A stretch of 64,000 bases of DNA, taken from Perkinsela sp. CCAP 1560/9 (lineage: Eukaryota; Protista; Euglenozoa: Kinetoplastea). The notes under the pieces were generated by a model. That model had not been told where the DNA came from. It did no database searches and saw only the letters and a program-made list of their open reading frames with translations. Made by a program: the position numbers and the translations under genes. Of the stretch, positions 19,914 through 30,116 are shown in pieces (the stretch's first letter is position 1; each line of letters starts with the position of its first letter). The stretch is from assembly GCA_965644495.1 (NCBI GenBank), contig CBFFSA010000007.1, positions 806,001 to 870,000 of the forward strand, in the 5' to 3' direction.

Positions 19914-20439
19914 TTTTACTCTACACGAGTAGTTTGAAGTGTTAAGTAATTCGAAATCTGCTAATCTATTTTTTAGTGAAACACAATTGATACGCTAAAT
20001 GGAATTTACTTTTCGTTATCCTATCATTCTAGCTGTGAAGTCGACAAGCAATACAACAACTATAAGATCTTGGCAAATAATAGATCGAATGATATTTAAT
20101 TGTAGATAAACTGTAATAAAAGTAATAAATAACCGTAAATCTATAAAAACATGTAAGAAAACTTACCTATTTAATATACAAAAATATGATCAAAATAGAG
20201 GATTCATACGCTCAGTATTTAACTTATCACGTATTCAGTACAAGGGACGATATAAAATACATCAACACCGGCAGATGAGCTACCTAATACAATATATTAC
20301 CTATTTAACATAAAACGGAACTAATAAAATTATCCAATGAAAACTAGAATTATCCAAAGGACGACGAGAACGTTAGAACAGGGTCATAGTTCTTACTACA
20401 AAAAGCTTAGTTCTAAGCAATTGTTACCCAGTCATGTAC

Positions 20440-21498
20440 TCACCATGATTTCCGGTTTGTCCCGCCCGGAGAGGCGTTTATTGACTTTACAGGAGAGGCA
20501 AACGAAAGATCGTGAAAAGCCCTCTGGTTTTTCAGAAGGGTGGGAGCCATACCATAACTTATCTTTGAGTGGGTCATATTTACATGGCCGGCTACGGCAG
20601 AGGGGCCGCCAAATGTTTGTTGCAGTGTAGAGCCAGGCAAACTTCTGGCCCCAACTCTACAGTTTGTGGTAGTATGAAATCCTCCTGTGTTTGAAGAGCC
20701 GGAATTAGAAGTTGCAGAAGCCGCGGGATGACTAAGGAAACTGCTGGGCACCGTAAGATGTGGGGCAATGGGGGGTGAAGCTCCACTGTCGAAAGCAGCT
20801 ATGACGTTTGCCTTGAGGTTTTCATTCTGAATTTTAAATGTAACTGCCGGCTTGCGTGGCACAGATAAAGGCTTTTGAGGTGATTCCGTATGGAATAGAT
20901 CGGTCAGCTCTTTCTCACCTTTTGCAGAAGTTTGGGAGTTCACGAAAACCGATTGAGTAATGTTTTGCGACTGAGCTTTATGGTCTAAAGATTTTGAAGT
21001 TTCTACTTCTGTCTTGTGACCTTCGCTACGTTTCGCGCCTTCACGAGGCGTAATCTGCAGGGTCTTTCCCTCATGTGCGGCGGCAATATACTCTTTCCAG
21101 TTCGTACGAGCAAAGCGTTTACGTTCCCACTTGTCCCTCAACAGCTTTTCCATATCCTTGGCGTTCGCAGAAGGTTCAGGCTTGTGGTATCGTGCGGGTA
21201 AGTGAGCCTCAAAAATTAGGCGCGCCTTTTGGTTACCGACACATTCAATAAAATCAACTTCGCAAGGGTCCCATATGTCCATAGTGATGGAACGAACCTT
21301 AGATATATGGGTACCAAGAGCACGGTGCAGTCCAGCACATCGCATGCATAGAAAGATTCCAAGATTTACCGAAGCCCATCTTGGGGATTTGCATGTACAA
21401 TCGAAGCACTCCCGATTGTCTTCAGCACTTAATATGACTTCCAAGCGACGTACTTGTTCTTTCAGGAGCCGCTTGTTCGCGGCTGTCATAGAAGCCAT
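20440..21498 (-). CDS. ArfGAP (SMAP/AGE2-like)
   Basis: CFDC-X16-CMRC zinc finger, WASVNLG, HRALGTHISKVRS. Confidence 0.93.
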   Translation of the reverse strand: MASMTAANKRLLKEQVRRLEVILSAEDNRECFDCTCKSPRWASVNLGIFLCMRCAGLHRALGTHISKVRSITMDIWDPCEVDFIECVGNQKARLIFEAHLPARYHKPEPSANAKDMEKLLRDKWERKRFARTNWKEYIAAAHEGKTLQITPREGAKRSEGHKTEVETSKSLDHKAQSQNITQSVFVNSQTSAKGEKELTDLFHTESPQKPLSVPRKPAVTFKIQNENLKANVIAAFDSGASPPIAPHLTVPSSFLSHPAASATSNSGSSNTGGFHTTTNCRVGARSLPGSTLQQTFGGPSAVAGHVNMTHSKISYGMAPTLLKNQRAFHDLSFASPVKSINASPGGTNRKSW

Positions 21499-21758
21499 TT
21501 CCTTAACAAGAACGCATTTTGGTGGTGTAAAAGTTGTACAATAAATACCTATAGAATAAAAAATGATTTAAAAATTATCAACAAATTTCTTTGAGTTTAT
21601 TTTGAGTGTTCTCGATAATCAGGTCGATGTATTGATGGCAACGAGGTTCCGCTGCACGTCATTACGACCACTCCCAAGTCCAAGGAGAATTACAAAGAAG
21701 AAACCATAATCGTTTAACGAGTTTGCCATAAACGTTTCGTAATAAGAAAATTACTCTA

Positions 21759-22706
21759 CTACCTCTTTCGTTTTCGATGGGTAAAAATTGCTTTTCGGCG
21801 TTTCCTTTTCTTGTTCTTAGTCCGTACTTCTCGACTATTCGAAGTTCCATGTATGTGATTATCAGAAGGAAACAACGACATGGCTGGATCCATTTCTTCT
21901 CTACGTGCTCTGTTCCCCACACGTTCTGCAGTGAATACTTTGGGAAAACACACCAAACATGCGGAATTTAAACACATAAAACTGTGGGATCTTGCAGGAC
22001 TCCGGCTTGCGCTTTTTCTCAAGGTTCTAAGTTGATTTCGCAGAGACTCTCCCATCTTGTGCCGACGAGGGCTGGCTGCGGGAGAGCCCAGTCGGCAAGG
22101 AGAAAGATTCAGAAATTTGCCTTGCACAGAGTGATGATAGTTCGCAGGCGACGGTGTCCGCACAGAATTTCTTTCCGTACTACAGGGCGTTGTTAAAATT
22201 GGAAGTCGAAGTCGTAGAGCCTGAAAGAATGAGATGCGATCTGGAGTGTCGCTAAGAGCCTTAGAGCATGCCTTGTTGGCTGGCGTGCTGTCCTGTGGCC
22301 ATGGTGAAAGCGGAAGACGATGAGACGTCGGGAATGTTTTAAGTAGATTTTTATATTCGGTCCAGCAATTCTGCTCAAGACGAAGTCGGTCGTTTCTTTC
22401 TTGTGCGGCAACAACGTGGCAAGAAAGAGTATGCAATGAAGATAATTCAGGCTTTGTGTTGTCTCTCGAGCGTTTCGTGAGCGAGTTATCATGCTCATCA
22501 CCGCTTGCGTTGCTTTCAAGATGAATAGACTCCATGTCAAATTCTGCAAATAGTGACCTCTGAGCAGCCTCATACCTTTCTTGTTCGTCGTGTAGGAGTC
22601 CTACTCCCAACTCTTGGTCAACTTCGGTATATACACAAATTGACGCACACTCTCGATCGACTGACAACTTGAACGTCTGTAAGTCCTTGGTTTGACACTC
22701 TACCAT
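21759..22706 (-). CDS. Hypothetical protein with basic C-terminus
   Basis: ~315-aa ORF on the coding strand; no motif recognised. Confidence 0.5.
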   Translation of the reverse strand: MVECQTKDLQTFKLSVDRECASICVYTEVDQELGVGLLHDEQERYEAAQRSLFAEFDMESIHLESNASGDEHDNSLTKRSRDNTKPELSSLHTLSCHVVAAQERNDRLRLEQNCWTEYKNLLKTFPTSHRLPLSPWPQDSTPANKACSKALSDTPDRISFFQALRLRLPILTTPCSTERNSVRTPSPANYHHSVQGKFLNLSPCRLGSPAASPRRHKMGESLRNQLRTLRKSASRSPARSHSFMCLNSACLVCFPKVFTAERVGNRARREEMDPAMSLFPSDNHIHGTSNSREVRTKNKKRKRRKAIFTHRKRKR

Positions 22707-23321
22707 AGTCGTACTTCGAAAGTCCAATACCGTGAAGTTCGTTCATAAATCGTGTAAGGTGGCATTTCGTTTTTCCTGTAAACTAATATTTATGAAACGT
22801 GCTTGGGGGAAAAGGATTTCAGAAGCTGATGACAAATGGTCCTTCTCATGTACTAAACATTCATCCGCCTTTTAGGCAAGAACGAGTGGTCAACGGAAAA
22901 TTCAAATACGGACACTTATGAACAATAAGTTTATTATTGTTAAGTTTAAAAACGTGCGTTATTTTGATTCAGATTGTACAGCAATTTTTACGTTTTTCTA
23001 ATGCAAGACATGGAGCATGGCGAAGTGTTTATTTCATTACACAGTGTGCACTGGTTTCTTTACCCCGGTCATGCACCAAACCGGATACTGATTAGCAACT
23101 GCTATTACAGCTCTCCGATGCCTTCTGCAGTGATGTAAGCAACAAGATGTGAACTAGAGTGCAGAAGTTAAAGAAGGGAATACAGTCCCTCCGAAAATAA
23201 TAGTGTACCTTAAAAATACTGTTCGCGCCCGTGAAACCTTGTGGTAGAAAATCGTACCCATGAAAAGTCTGAGGTCTAGGCCTACCGCGCGAATAAATGC
23301 TACACGCAACACTCGCACTCC

Positions 23322-23720
23322 TTACTTTCTTAGTCCAGCAAAGTCGATGACGGTAGCTACTTTACCTATAATCTCCACATACGGGTTACCTTCGGAGTCG
23401 CGACGTTTGCGGCACACGCATCGTACTGTCTCTTCCCCGTTGGTTACTTTTACCTTTCCAGCAACACGCTGATGACTCCCTGACAAGACAAATTCTACCT
23501 GTGAATCGTGGGGAAACATCGAGGGAAGTTCGTTCGTGTGTGCCATGTTTTCAGGCACAGGTTGAATTCTCCCGATTGATTTTCCCGGTTGTGCATTTAT
23601 TAAATCCCCCTCGAGTTGAAGCATCACCCATTGAGGCAATGCGTCCACGCCGGAAGTAGGGGAGGAGAGTACCGCATCGTTCTGCGAAGATTCAGGAAAG
23701 ACGACAGGAATGTTCACCAT
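23322..23720 (-). CDS. CTF8: Chromosome transmission fidelity protein 8 (Ctf18-RFC subunit)
   Basis: MVNIPV...QWVMLQLEGDL...IGRI...HQRVAGKV...YVEIIGKVATVIDF matches the Ctf8 pattern; 132 aa. Confidence 0.65.
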   Translation of the reverse strand: MVNIPVVFPESSQNDAVLSSPTSGVDALPQWVMLQLEGDLINAQPGKSIGRIQPVPENMAHTNELPSMFPHDSQVEFVLSGSHQRVAGKVKVTNGEETVRCVCRKRRDSEGNPYVEIIGKVATVIDFAGLRK

Positions 23721-23934
23721 AACAAATGTGAGTTGAGGAAAGAGAAAGAAAAGACCATATTCAAAGATCATGACCCCATAATCATGATTCATACAGGTAC
23801 CGCAATCATTACAGGTACAGTAAGTCAATCGTGCTTTCCCTGCCGGCTACGCGAACGTCGGCCCAATCTTTAGACCCACTCAAAAGTTTGAAATGCTCAA
23901 ACAAAAAAAAAAGAATCTTTTCCACGGTTATTCC

Positions 23935-25030
23935 CCTACCCTTTCCAAAATCCACCCCCCTCACCCCCCCCCTCTCTCTCACCCAAACACCTCCCCCCTA
24001 TGATACCCACACACCCTCCCCTCCACCTCCCCCCTCTTCCCTATCCCCCGTATCCTCCTCAAATCACGCCGCATGGCATCCTCATACTCCTCCCCCCCCC
24101 TCCTCCTCCCCCCTCCCCCTTCCCCTCCTCCCCCTCCCCCCCTCTCCACGCCCCGCCGCTCCACCTCCCCCGCCGTCCACCGCTCCACCTCCCGCAGGCA
24201 CCTCTCACACCGCAGCCCCTCCGCTGCCCGCCCGACGTGGTGGGTGACGTACCACGTGGAGACCCGGAGCTGGGACCAGGCGTACTTCACCAGGGGGACG
24301 GTCCCCAGCGCGGTGGCCAGCCCCAGGGGTACCCGTGCCGCGGCCCACCGGGGGGAGGCCAGCCCGTGGGGGGAGTAGTGGGTGGCGGCGAGGCCGGTGG
24401 CGGCGGCGAGGGCGAGGGCGGTGTTGAGGTGGAGGGTGTCGTAGAGGCGACGACCGCCGTGGGCGTGGCGGGAGACCCCGGAGAGGAGGGCTTGGCGGTA
24501 GAGACCGAGGGGGGGAGGGGGAGGGGGGGGGTTGTGGATAGGATGCGTAGGGTTGTGGTTGTTGTTGTTGTTGTTGATCGTATTCGTAGTGTCGTTGTTG
24601 ATAGCCTTCGTAGCGTTGTTGTTGTTGTTATGGTTACCAAAGTTAGTTTCGTTGTTGTTATTGTGGTTAACATCATTTTGAAACTTTGGGTTGTCGTTGT
24701 TGTTGTTTGTGGTGGTGGGGGTATTCTTGTTGATACTATCGTTGTACTTGCCCTGGTTAAGGGTATTCTTGTTGATTTTTCTAATCTCGGCTTCATCGAT
24801 AAAGATATGGCTCCCATGGACCTCGACGGGGTTGCCTAGGACGGTGGAGAGATGGGGGACGTTGTGGAGGGTAAAGCGTCGGGAGGTGAGACGTTGGGCG
24901 TCTTCAGTGACGGCACGGGTGAGGGCGTCGGAGAGGGGGGAGGAGAGGGAGGAGATGTGCAGCACGGCGTTGTGGAAGGCACCAGGTTGACTGCTGAAGA
25001 GAGCTTCCATGGAAGGGGGGAAGAGAGGGA
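23935..25030. other. GC-rich skew-switch island 3
   Basis: C-rich to ~24235, then G/T-rich with (gtt)n. Confidence 0.85.
23979..25010 (-). CDS. Hypothetical membrane protein with Asn-rich insert
   Basis: 343-aa ORF across skew island 3; two hydrophobic segments; poly-N, poly-P and poly-G tracts. Confidence 0.55.
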   Translation of the reverse strand: MEALFSSQPGAFHNAVLHISSLSSPLSDALTRAVTEDAQRLTSRRFTLHNVPHLSTVLGNPVEVHGSHIFIDEAEIRKINKNTLNQGKYNDSINKNTPTTTNNNNDNPKFQNDVNHNNNNETNFGNHNNNNNATKAINNDTTNTINNNNNNHNPTHPIHNPPPPPPPLGLYRQALLSGVSRHAHGGRRLYDTLHLNTALALAAATGLAATHYSPHGLASPRWAAARVPLGLATALGTVPLVKYAWSQLRVSTWYVTHHVGRAAEGLRCERCLREVERWTAGEVERRGVERGGGGGGEGGGGRRRGGEEYEDAMRRDLRRIRGIGKRGEVEGRVCGYHRGEVFG

Positions 25031-25294
25031 GAGCGTAAAGAAAAATGGAAAGAAGAACGCCAGAAAAAATATAATGGGAATGAAAGAGGAGTGCACAGGT
25101 ACAGCGTGGTTAAAGCTGCGTGTTGTTGTGCAGAAAGGAACTAGCAAAGCGCGGGGTAATATAGAGAACGTAAGTATAATGGAAGAATATGCGGTGAAAT
25201 AAATTTTGTGAGTGATTTCTTGAAAACAGAGTGACTTCTTGGAAGCATGCAAATACATGGTGTGAAGGTCTCCTAATGACGCCTAACACCCTCA

Positions 25295-26866
25295 TCATTT
25301 TTGTGAAGATGCTTCTCGTTCCTTGAGTTGAGCTACCACATTTCGATGATCAAATTTGAATGCCTGAAATCCAGCAAGAATACTACTAATCGCCTTTCTC
25401 GGAATGTCCGTGTGTAATGCACAGATCACTTGACTTGCGATCGCATACAGCAGAGTCTCATTTTTTTCCTTTACTTTGGCAAAGGCCGCCAGCAGCTCCG
25501 CCAGGCACTCCGGATCTAACAAAATCTTTTGCTTCGTAATTTGTCCCACCTTTGTCGCTGTCATTGTGAAGAACTCGCCATCGTACAAATCAAACGCGGC
25601 AAGTGTTTTTAAGCACTTCCCTAGTTGAGAAATCTCAAAACGGTCTACCTGTTGACATGCACTCTCGGCTAGAACATTCAACAACCCCTCATTTAAAAAC
25701 GAGTGCGCCTCGCATACTTCAAAGAGCTGTGTGATCACCTCTGGACGTAACTGGTCGCGACATGCCATCACACGCTCCATAATCAGAGTCATCAGCGCTT
25801 CAAACAATGTGGCATCGGTGATATGCGGGGAGAGAGCAGCAATCATACCCGCTACATCCGCCACAACAGACGCGGAGATTAACTCCTGGGCTCTTTGACA
25901 CACTTTCCGTACGGCCTCGAGATGAATTTCCAGAGGTTTTGTTGTTGTGTCGGTCGGATACTTTTTTGCAAAAATCTCCCCAAAACGTGTAACCCCGGAG
26001 GGATTGAGGGAACTCACCCCTCCCTGCACACGTTCAGTGATCGTATCAAACAACTTTGAAAAAAAGTCCTCTTTGGTAAACTCATTTCCCGGTTTAGAGG
26101 TAAGAAAAATCCCAATACGACACAAATCATCCACCGAGAGCACAGGGAGAAGCTTCTCGGTTCGGCTTTTGATCGCACTGTGCATCTCGGGGTGGTGAAT
26201 ACCAAAACTTTGATACGTACGCGCACAGGTGACGACATCCGTCGCGCCCATTTGCGCAATTGTGTGGATCGCTGGCCACAGCACAGCGGCCAGAATCCCG
26301 ACCACCGTCACCGTTTGCAGCTTAGTACACAATTTTAACACAGCTGCAATATCACGAGCCGTCCATTTTGTAGTCTCCGATCGCCACAGCGTATTTTCCA
26401 AAAATCCATACAGCGGGATAAGATCACTGGATTTTGAATCCTGTGCAGCACGAGAGGCAGCCGCGACTTCATCCGAGCAGGGAACATTCAGGTGGGAGAG
26501 TGCCGTGAGCAGCAGCACAATCTCACTCGGGGCAAGCACAGGGTAAGTCCCCCAGCCTCGGGCTTTTGGCAGCATGTCTCGACAAAAGTTATGAAGCGCC
26601 CTGTGGGCACTGTTTTTGTCCAGCTCCGAGGGGTTGGACTTGGACATGTTTTTAAGCGCGTGGAGGATGGGTTTCATGTGGAAAGTGGGGGGGTGGGTGC
26701 CGATGGCGACCAGACTAGGGCTTTTCTCAGTGGGGGTTGAGACGCTGTCGGATACGGCAGAATTTTTATTGTACTTGTCTTCTGGATTTCTTTTCGACGA
26801 GATACAGACAGAGGGCTGACCTTGCGAAGCGGCGAACCGCTTAGGAGTGTGTAGGAGACGGAACAT
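25295..26866 (-). CDS. Mitochondrial helical-repeat RNA-binding protein (RESC/MRB1- or FAST/RAP-like)
   Basis: Presequence-like MFRLLHTPKRF; ~38-aa helical repeats such as FEISQLGKCLKTLAAFDLYDGEFF. Confidence 0.55.
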   Translation of the reverse strand: MFRLLHTPKRFAASQGQPSVCISSKRNPEDKYNKNSAVSDSVSTPTEKSPSLVAIGTHPPTFHMKPILHALKNMSKSNPSELDKNSAHRALHNFCRDMLPKARGWGTYPVLAPSEIVLLLTALSHLNVPCSDEVAAASRAAQDSKSSDLIPLYGFLENTLWRSETTKWTARDIAAVLKLCTKLQTVTVVGILAAVLWPAIHTIAQMGATDVVTCARTYQSFGIHHPEMHSAIKSRTEKLLPVLSVDDLCRIGIFLTSKPGNEFTKEDFFSKLFDTITERVQGGVSSLNPSGVTRFGEIFAKKYPTDTTTKPLEIHLEAVRKVCQRAQELISASVVADVAGMIAALSPHITDATLFEALMTLIMERVMACRDQLRPEVITQLFEVCEAHSFLNEGLLNVLAESACQQVDRFEISQLGKCLKTLAAFDLYDGEFFTMTATKVGQITKQKILLDPECLAELLAAFAKVKEKNETLLYAIASQVICALHTDIPRKAISSILAGFQAFKFDHRNVVAQLKEREASSQK

Positions 26867-27313
26867 GCGAAGATAAGTCGATGAGGGCTCTAAACTATAG
26901 TATGAACCCTTGTGGAGAGACCTACTGCTAAGAATACGAAACCATGAGCCCAAGATGATTGAATTCGGACTCATTGTTGTGTGTATTAGGTAGTGGGTAG
27001 AAAAACTTTAAAAGTGTAGCTATCATCTGAATGTCAAAAACTAGCTTGAAAATATTTGCATCAGAACGTGATGTTACTAAAACTGTGAATCTGGTGTAAG
27101 ATTAAAGCTGAAAATCTGTTTAGTCGCAAAACAAGTACATCGAAACAAAGAAAAATTATGAGTCTGAGTCGGTATGAATATTTCAAGAGGCTAGGAGAGA
27201 AACAAATTCTTTTTTTATATTCCCTTCTTATCAATGAAAAGCCCATCCTGCAATTTAAAACTAGCAATCTTAAGTCCAGCGCCTTTCATTCACAGATGCG
27301 CTTGTATTTTCTA

Positions 27314-27907
27314 TCAGGCCGTCTCAGTTTTTGTCTCAGTGGTCTGTTCAGCTTCCTTTTCTTCTGTATCTGTCTTCTCTTCCGCCTTTTCGTTATCTTC
27401 ATCCTCATCGTCCAGGTCCTCATTTTCATCTTCCTCACCCATGTCTGGATAATCTTCTTCATCCCCCATTCCTCCCATACCCCCCATACCTCCCATTCCT
27501 CCCATACCCCCGAATTGTGACATGTCAAAATTTCCCATTCCCGGGAACCCCTCAGGGGCCTCATCGGCGTCCTTCCACAAGGACCAGTCCACCCCGACGT
27601 AGTGTTTGTTCGTCTTGGAGGGCTCAACGGTAAGTCGCTCCCACTCTTTGTTCTCGTCGGAGGCACTCTCCGCTTTGAACGCGCAGCAAGCTACCTTGTT
27701 GCCGTGTACTTTGAACGTGCTCTGGCTGGGGTCAATGCCTTTCAAAAGATTCAGAGCGGTGCGGTATGGTGTGCCATGCGAGGTGCACTCGAAAATGATT
27801 TTGCTTTCCTGGAAATCAACTTTGACGTCCTCCGCGTCGGCAATGAGAAAGGTAAGGAAGACACGGTCGTCGCGTTGTGCCCACTGCACTGGTGCAATTT
27901 TGGACAT
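27314..27907 (-). CDS. Hsp90 co-chaperone p23 (CS domain)
   Basis: PVQWAQRDDRVFLT, WERLT, VDWSLWKDADE, (GGM)n repeat, acidic tail. Confidence 0.92.
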   Translation of the reverse strand: MSKIAPVQWAQRDDRVFLTFLIADAEDVKVDFQESKIIFECTSHGTPYRTALNLLKGIDPSQSTFKVHGNKVACCAFKAESASDENKEWERLTVEPSKTNKHYVGVDWSLWKDADEAPEGFPGMGNFDMSQFGGMGGMGGMGGMGGMGDEEDYPDMGEEDENEDLDDEDEDNEKAEEKTDTEEKEAEQTTETKTETA

Positions 27908-28223
27908 AGAGGTGGTAAATAGAAAGTATAAAAGAGAACAATCTAGTGAAAAAAATAGGGGACGAGATGTTATTAGAATTTGAAATAGTCTTCGATTCAC
28001 CTCCACACACGTTGTTCACACAGCAAGCACCTTACAAAATTCAGTCTTACTCACTCGAAATCCAGAAATTGAGAGAGAAAAAACTCAAAAAGACGGAGTA
28101 AAATCCCAGATTCACCACAAGGGTCTATCTCCTACAACATACAATGTACGCTCGCAAACGATTATGCAATGCTTTCAACACGCTTGTTGTAAACACACTT
28201 TTAGAGCACTGATCGGATGAAAT

Positions 28224-28451
28224 CTACTTCTTCCTTTTATTCCGCTCGCTCGATCCTTTATTAATGTGCTCCAGTGCAGACCTATTGAACACTGAAATGA
28301 AAGGTGAAATAAGTTTCAATAGAATATAGCCGAACGCGGCCCAACGCATCATATCTGTCCCTTCCTGTACGCACACGAGAACTAAAAAGGGTTTCCCTAA
28401 CCGTCTCACAGAAGGAGATTCAAAAAGTCGTCGCAGAGCAGTATCATTCAT
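28224..28451 (-). CDS. Small hypothetical protein
   Basis: 75-aa ORF with a hydrophobic segment, in a gene-sized gap. Confidence 0.3.
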   Translation of the reverse strand: MNDTALRRLFESPSVRRLGKPFLVLVCVQEGTDMMRWAAFGYILLKLISPFISVFNRSALEHINKGSSERNKRKK

Positions 28452-28610
28452 TTTATTCTAGGAAAACAAATTAAGAAATATCTTAACTGTTGCATCTGTC
28501 TAATCTGCTTTCCCTAAAGTTTATATTCTTCCCAGAATTTAAATTTTGAATAGGACCTTGGATATTCGAGCAATGTGTGATTTTCTGCGATTCTCCTTTC
28601 TATTTTCATT

Positions 28611-29807
28611 CTATTCCCCAGGAACTACATAAACTTGAGCACTCCGCACCGACACTACCTCTCGATCCGGAAGTAGTAAAGCAGAAAGTCTTCCACCATA
28701 CACACAGCCAGTATCTAAACCAAGCGCGCTGCAATGCTTTTGAAGTTTGCGTGCCGCATCGTGACCGAATACAACCAGAGAGGTGCTTTGATAACCAGAA
28801 GCCCATGAGTGTATTCCTGCTTTTTCTGAAAGAGCATTCGTTATGTCACGCTTCGTATTCACAGAACCGCTGTCTTTAATCAATTCTGTGGAATTTTCAT
28901 TTTGGCATTTCATGTCTGATGAATTACGATCGATCTTCTTAACAAGTTGTTCTCCCGGTGGCTTGATTTCTTGTAATACCTTCGAATCTTCTTGTTGTAA
29001 CGAATAGTTCATACCCAATGCATCTGTATTGTTTCCAGCATGATTGCCCGTGTTAAGTTCTGCTGTAGAACTCAACACCACGGAACGGGCATGCATTGCA
29101 TCATACGCATTTGTATGCTCCATTGGAGAATCAAGGGCCGCGTGAGTCACTACTACGTCATACTCGGGTAAATACAACACATGCGGCAAGTTTTGAAGAT
29201 AAACCAGCAAATCAGGAGGTAGTATTCGTGCCAGGGTTTGATGAGCTGGTCGAGAAGGGTGCTCACTGGCCTCTATGAAAGGACGTGCTCGTGAGGCCCA
29301 TCGGAGTACTTGCCAGTCATGGTTGCCTACTACCCCGTACGCAGAATGATCTTTCATAAACTTCACAACTTTCTCCGATTCAGGGCCTTTGACAACTAAA
29401 TCACCGACATGCACAAGCAAATCCCGGCTCGGATCATAGCCCGTTCTTTGAAGTAGGGATTCGAGTTCAGCAAAACAACCGTGTATATCACCAATAAGTA
29501 TAATTCGAGGTAAGGATGACGAAATATGTGATGTCGTATTGTTGCACACGGAAACATCAGAAGAATCACGATTGGCCGGCGTGGCCCCCAAATCCAAATC
29601 CTTCATTTTTAAGTCCACGTTCATATCTACACATATTTCTCCTTGTCTAACATAGGAAGTAGAAGGTAGGCGATCTGGAACGGAATGGGCTGACCAATCA
29701 TAGAGCCGGACAGTGGGATGTACGCGCAGTACTTTTACACGAAGTGCTCCAACCTGACTTCTTAGAAAATTGATTTCCTCTAGGGATTTACATCTTCGGG
29801 GCTTCAT
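28611..29807 (-). CDS. ApaH-like phosphatase (ALPH family metallophosphoesterase)
   Basis: IGDIHGC, VGDLVVKGP, GNHD, THA, VVFGHDA, GLDTGCVYGGRLSA. Confidence 0.88.
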   Translation of the reverse strand: MKPRRCKSLEEINFLRSQVGALRVKVLRVHPTVRLYDWSAHSVPDRLPSTSYVRQGEICVDMNVDLKMKDLDLGATPANRDSSDVSVCNNTTSHISSSLPRIILIGDIHGCFAELESLLQRTGYDPSRDLLVHVGDLVVKGPESEKVVKFMKDHSAYGVVGNHDWQVLRWASRARPFIEASEHPSRPAHQTLARILPPDLLVYLQNLPHVLYLPEYDVVVTHAALDSPMEHTNAYDAMHARSVVLSSTAELNTGNHAGNNTDALGMNYSLQQEDSKVLQEIKPPGEQLVKKIDRNSSDMKCQNENSTELIKDSGSVNTKRDITNALSEKAGIHSWASGYQSTSLVVFGHDAARKLQKHCSALGLDTGCVYGGRLSALLLPDREVVSVRSAQVYVVPGE

Positions 29808-29937
29808 GTGTCTAACAGAAAGTATTCCCTGCGGTGAAAAGCATAGAAACAAGAATTTGTGTACCAAGAACAGGCAAGAATTGAAGTTGAGTACTAGGAC
29901 CGTATTGCACATAGATCTCAATCACAGAGGCTTCTGA

Positions 29938-30032
29938 TACTGTGCCCCCCAACTTATAGTGCCGCGGGGTACCCCCCACTTATGGTGCCGTTTGGTCGAA
30001 AACCGCGGCACTATAAGTGGGGGGGCACAGTA
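29938..30032. mobile_element. 95-bp MITE/foldback element, TA-flanked
   Basis: 30-bp inverted repeat with 1 mismatch: tactgtgccccccaacttatagtgccgcgg (29938-29967) / ccgcggcactataagtgggggggcacagta (30003-30032). Third internal copy ccccccacttatggtgccg. Confidence 0.8.
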
Positions 30033-30116
30033 ATAGGAATATTAAGTCTTGACAAAATGCTGCCAGTTCGTCTAGAATGTAAAATGAAATATAGTACACC
30101 GTCAAAGCTACACCAA

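Noticed and set aside
19950-20340. AT-rich intergenic tract
   Set aside because: Consistent with an ordinary U-rich 3' UTR/spacer; no repeat or structure seen.
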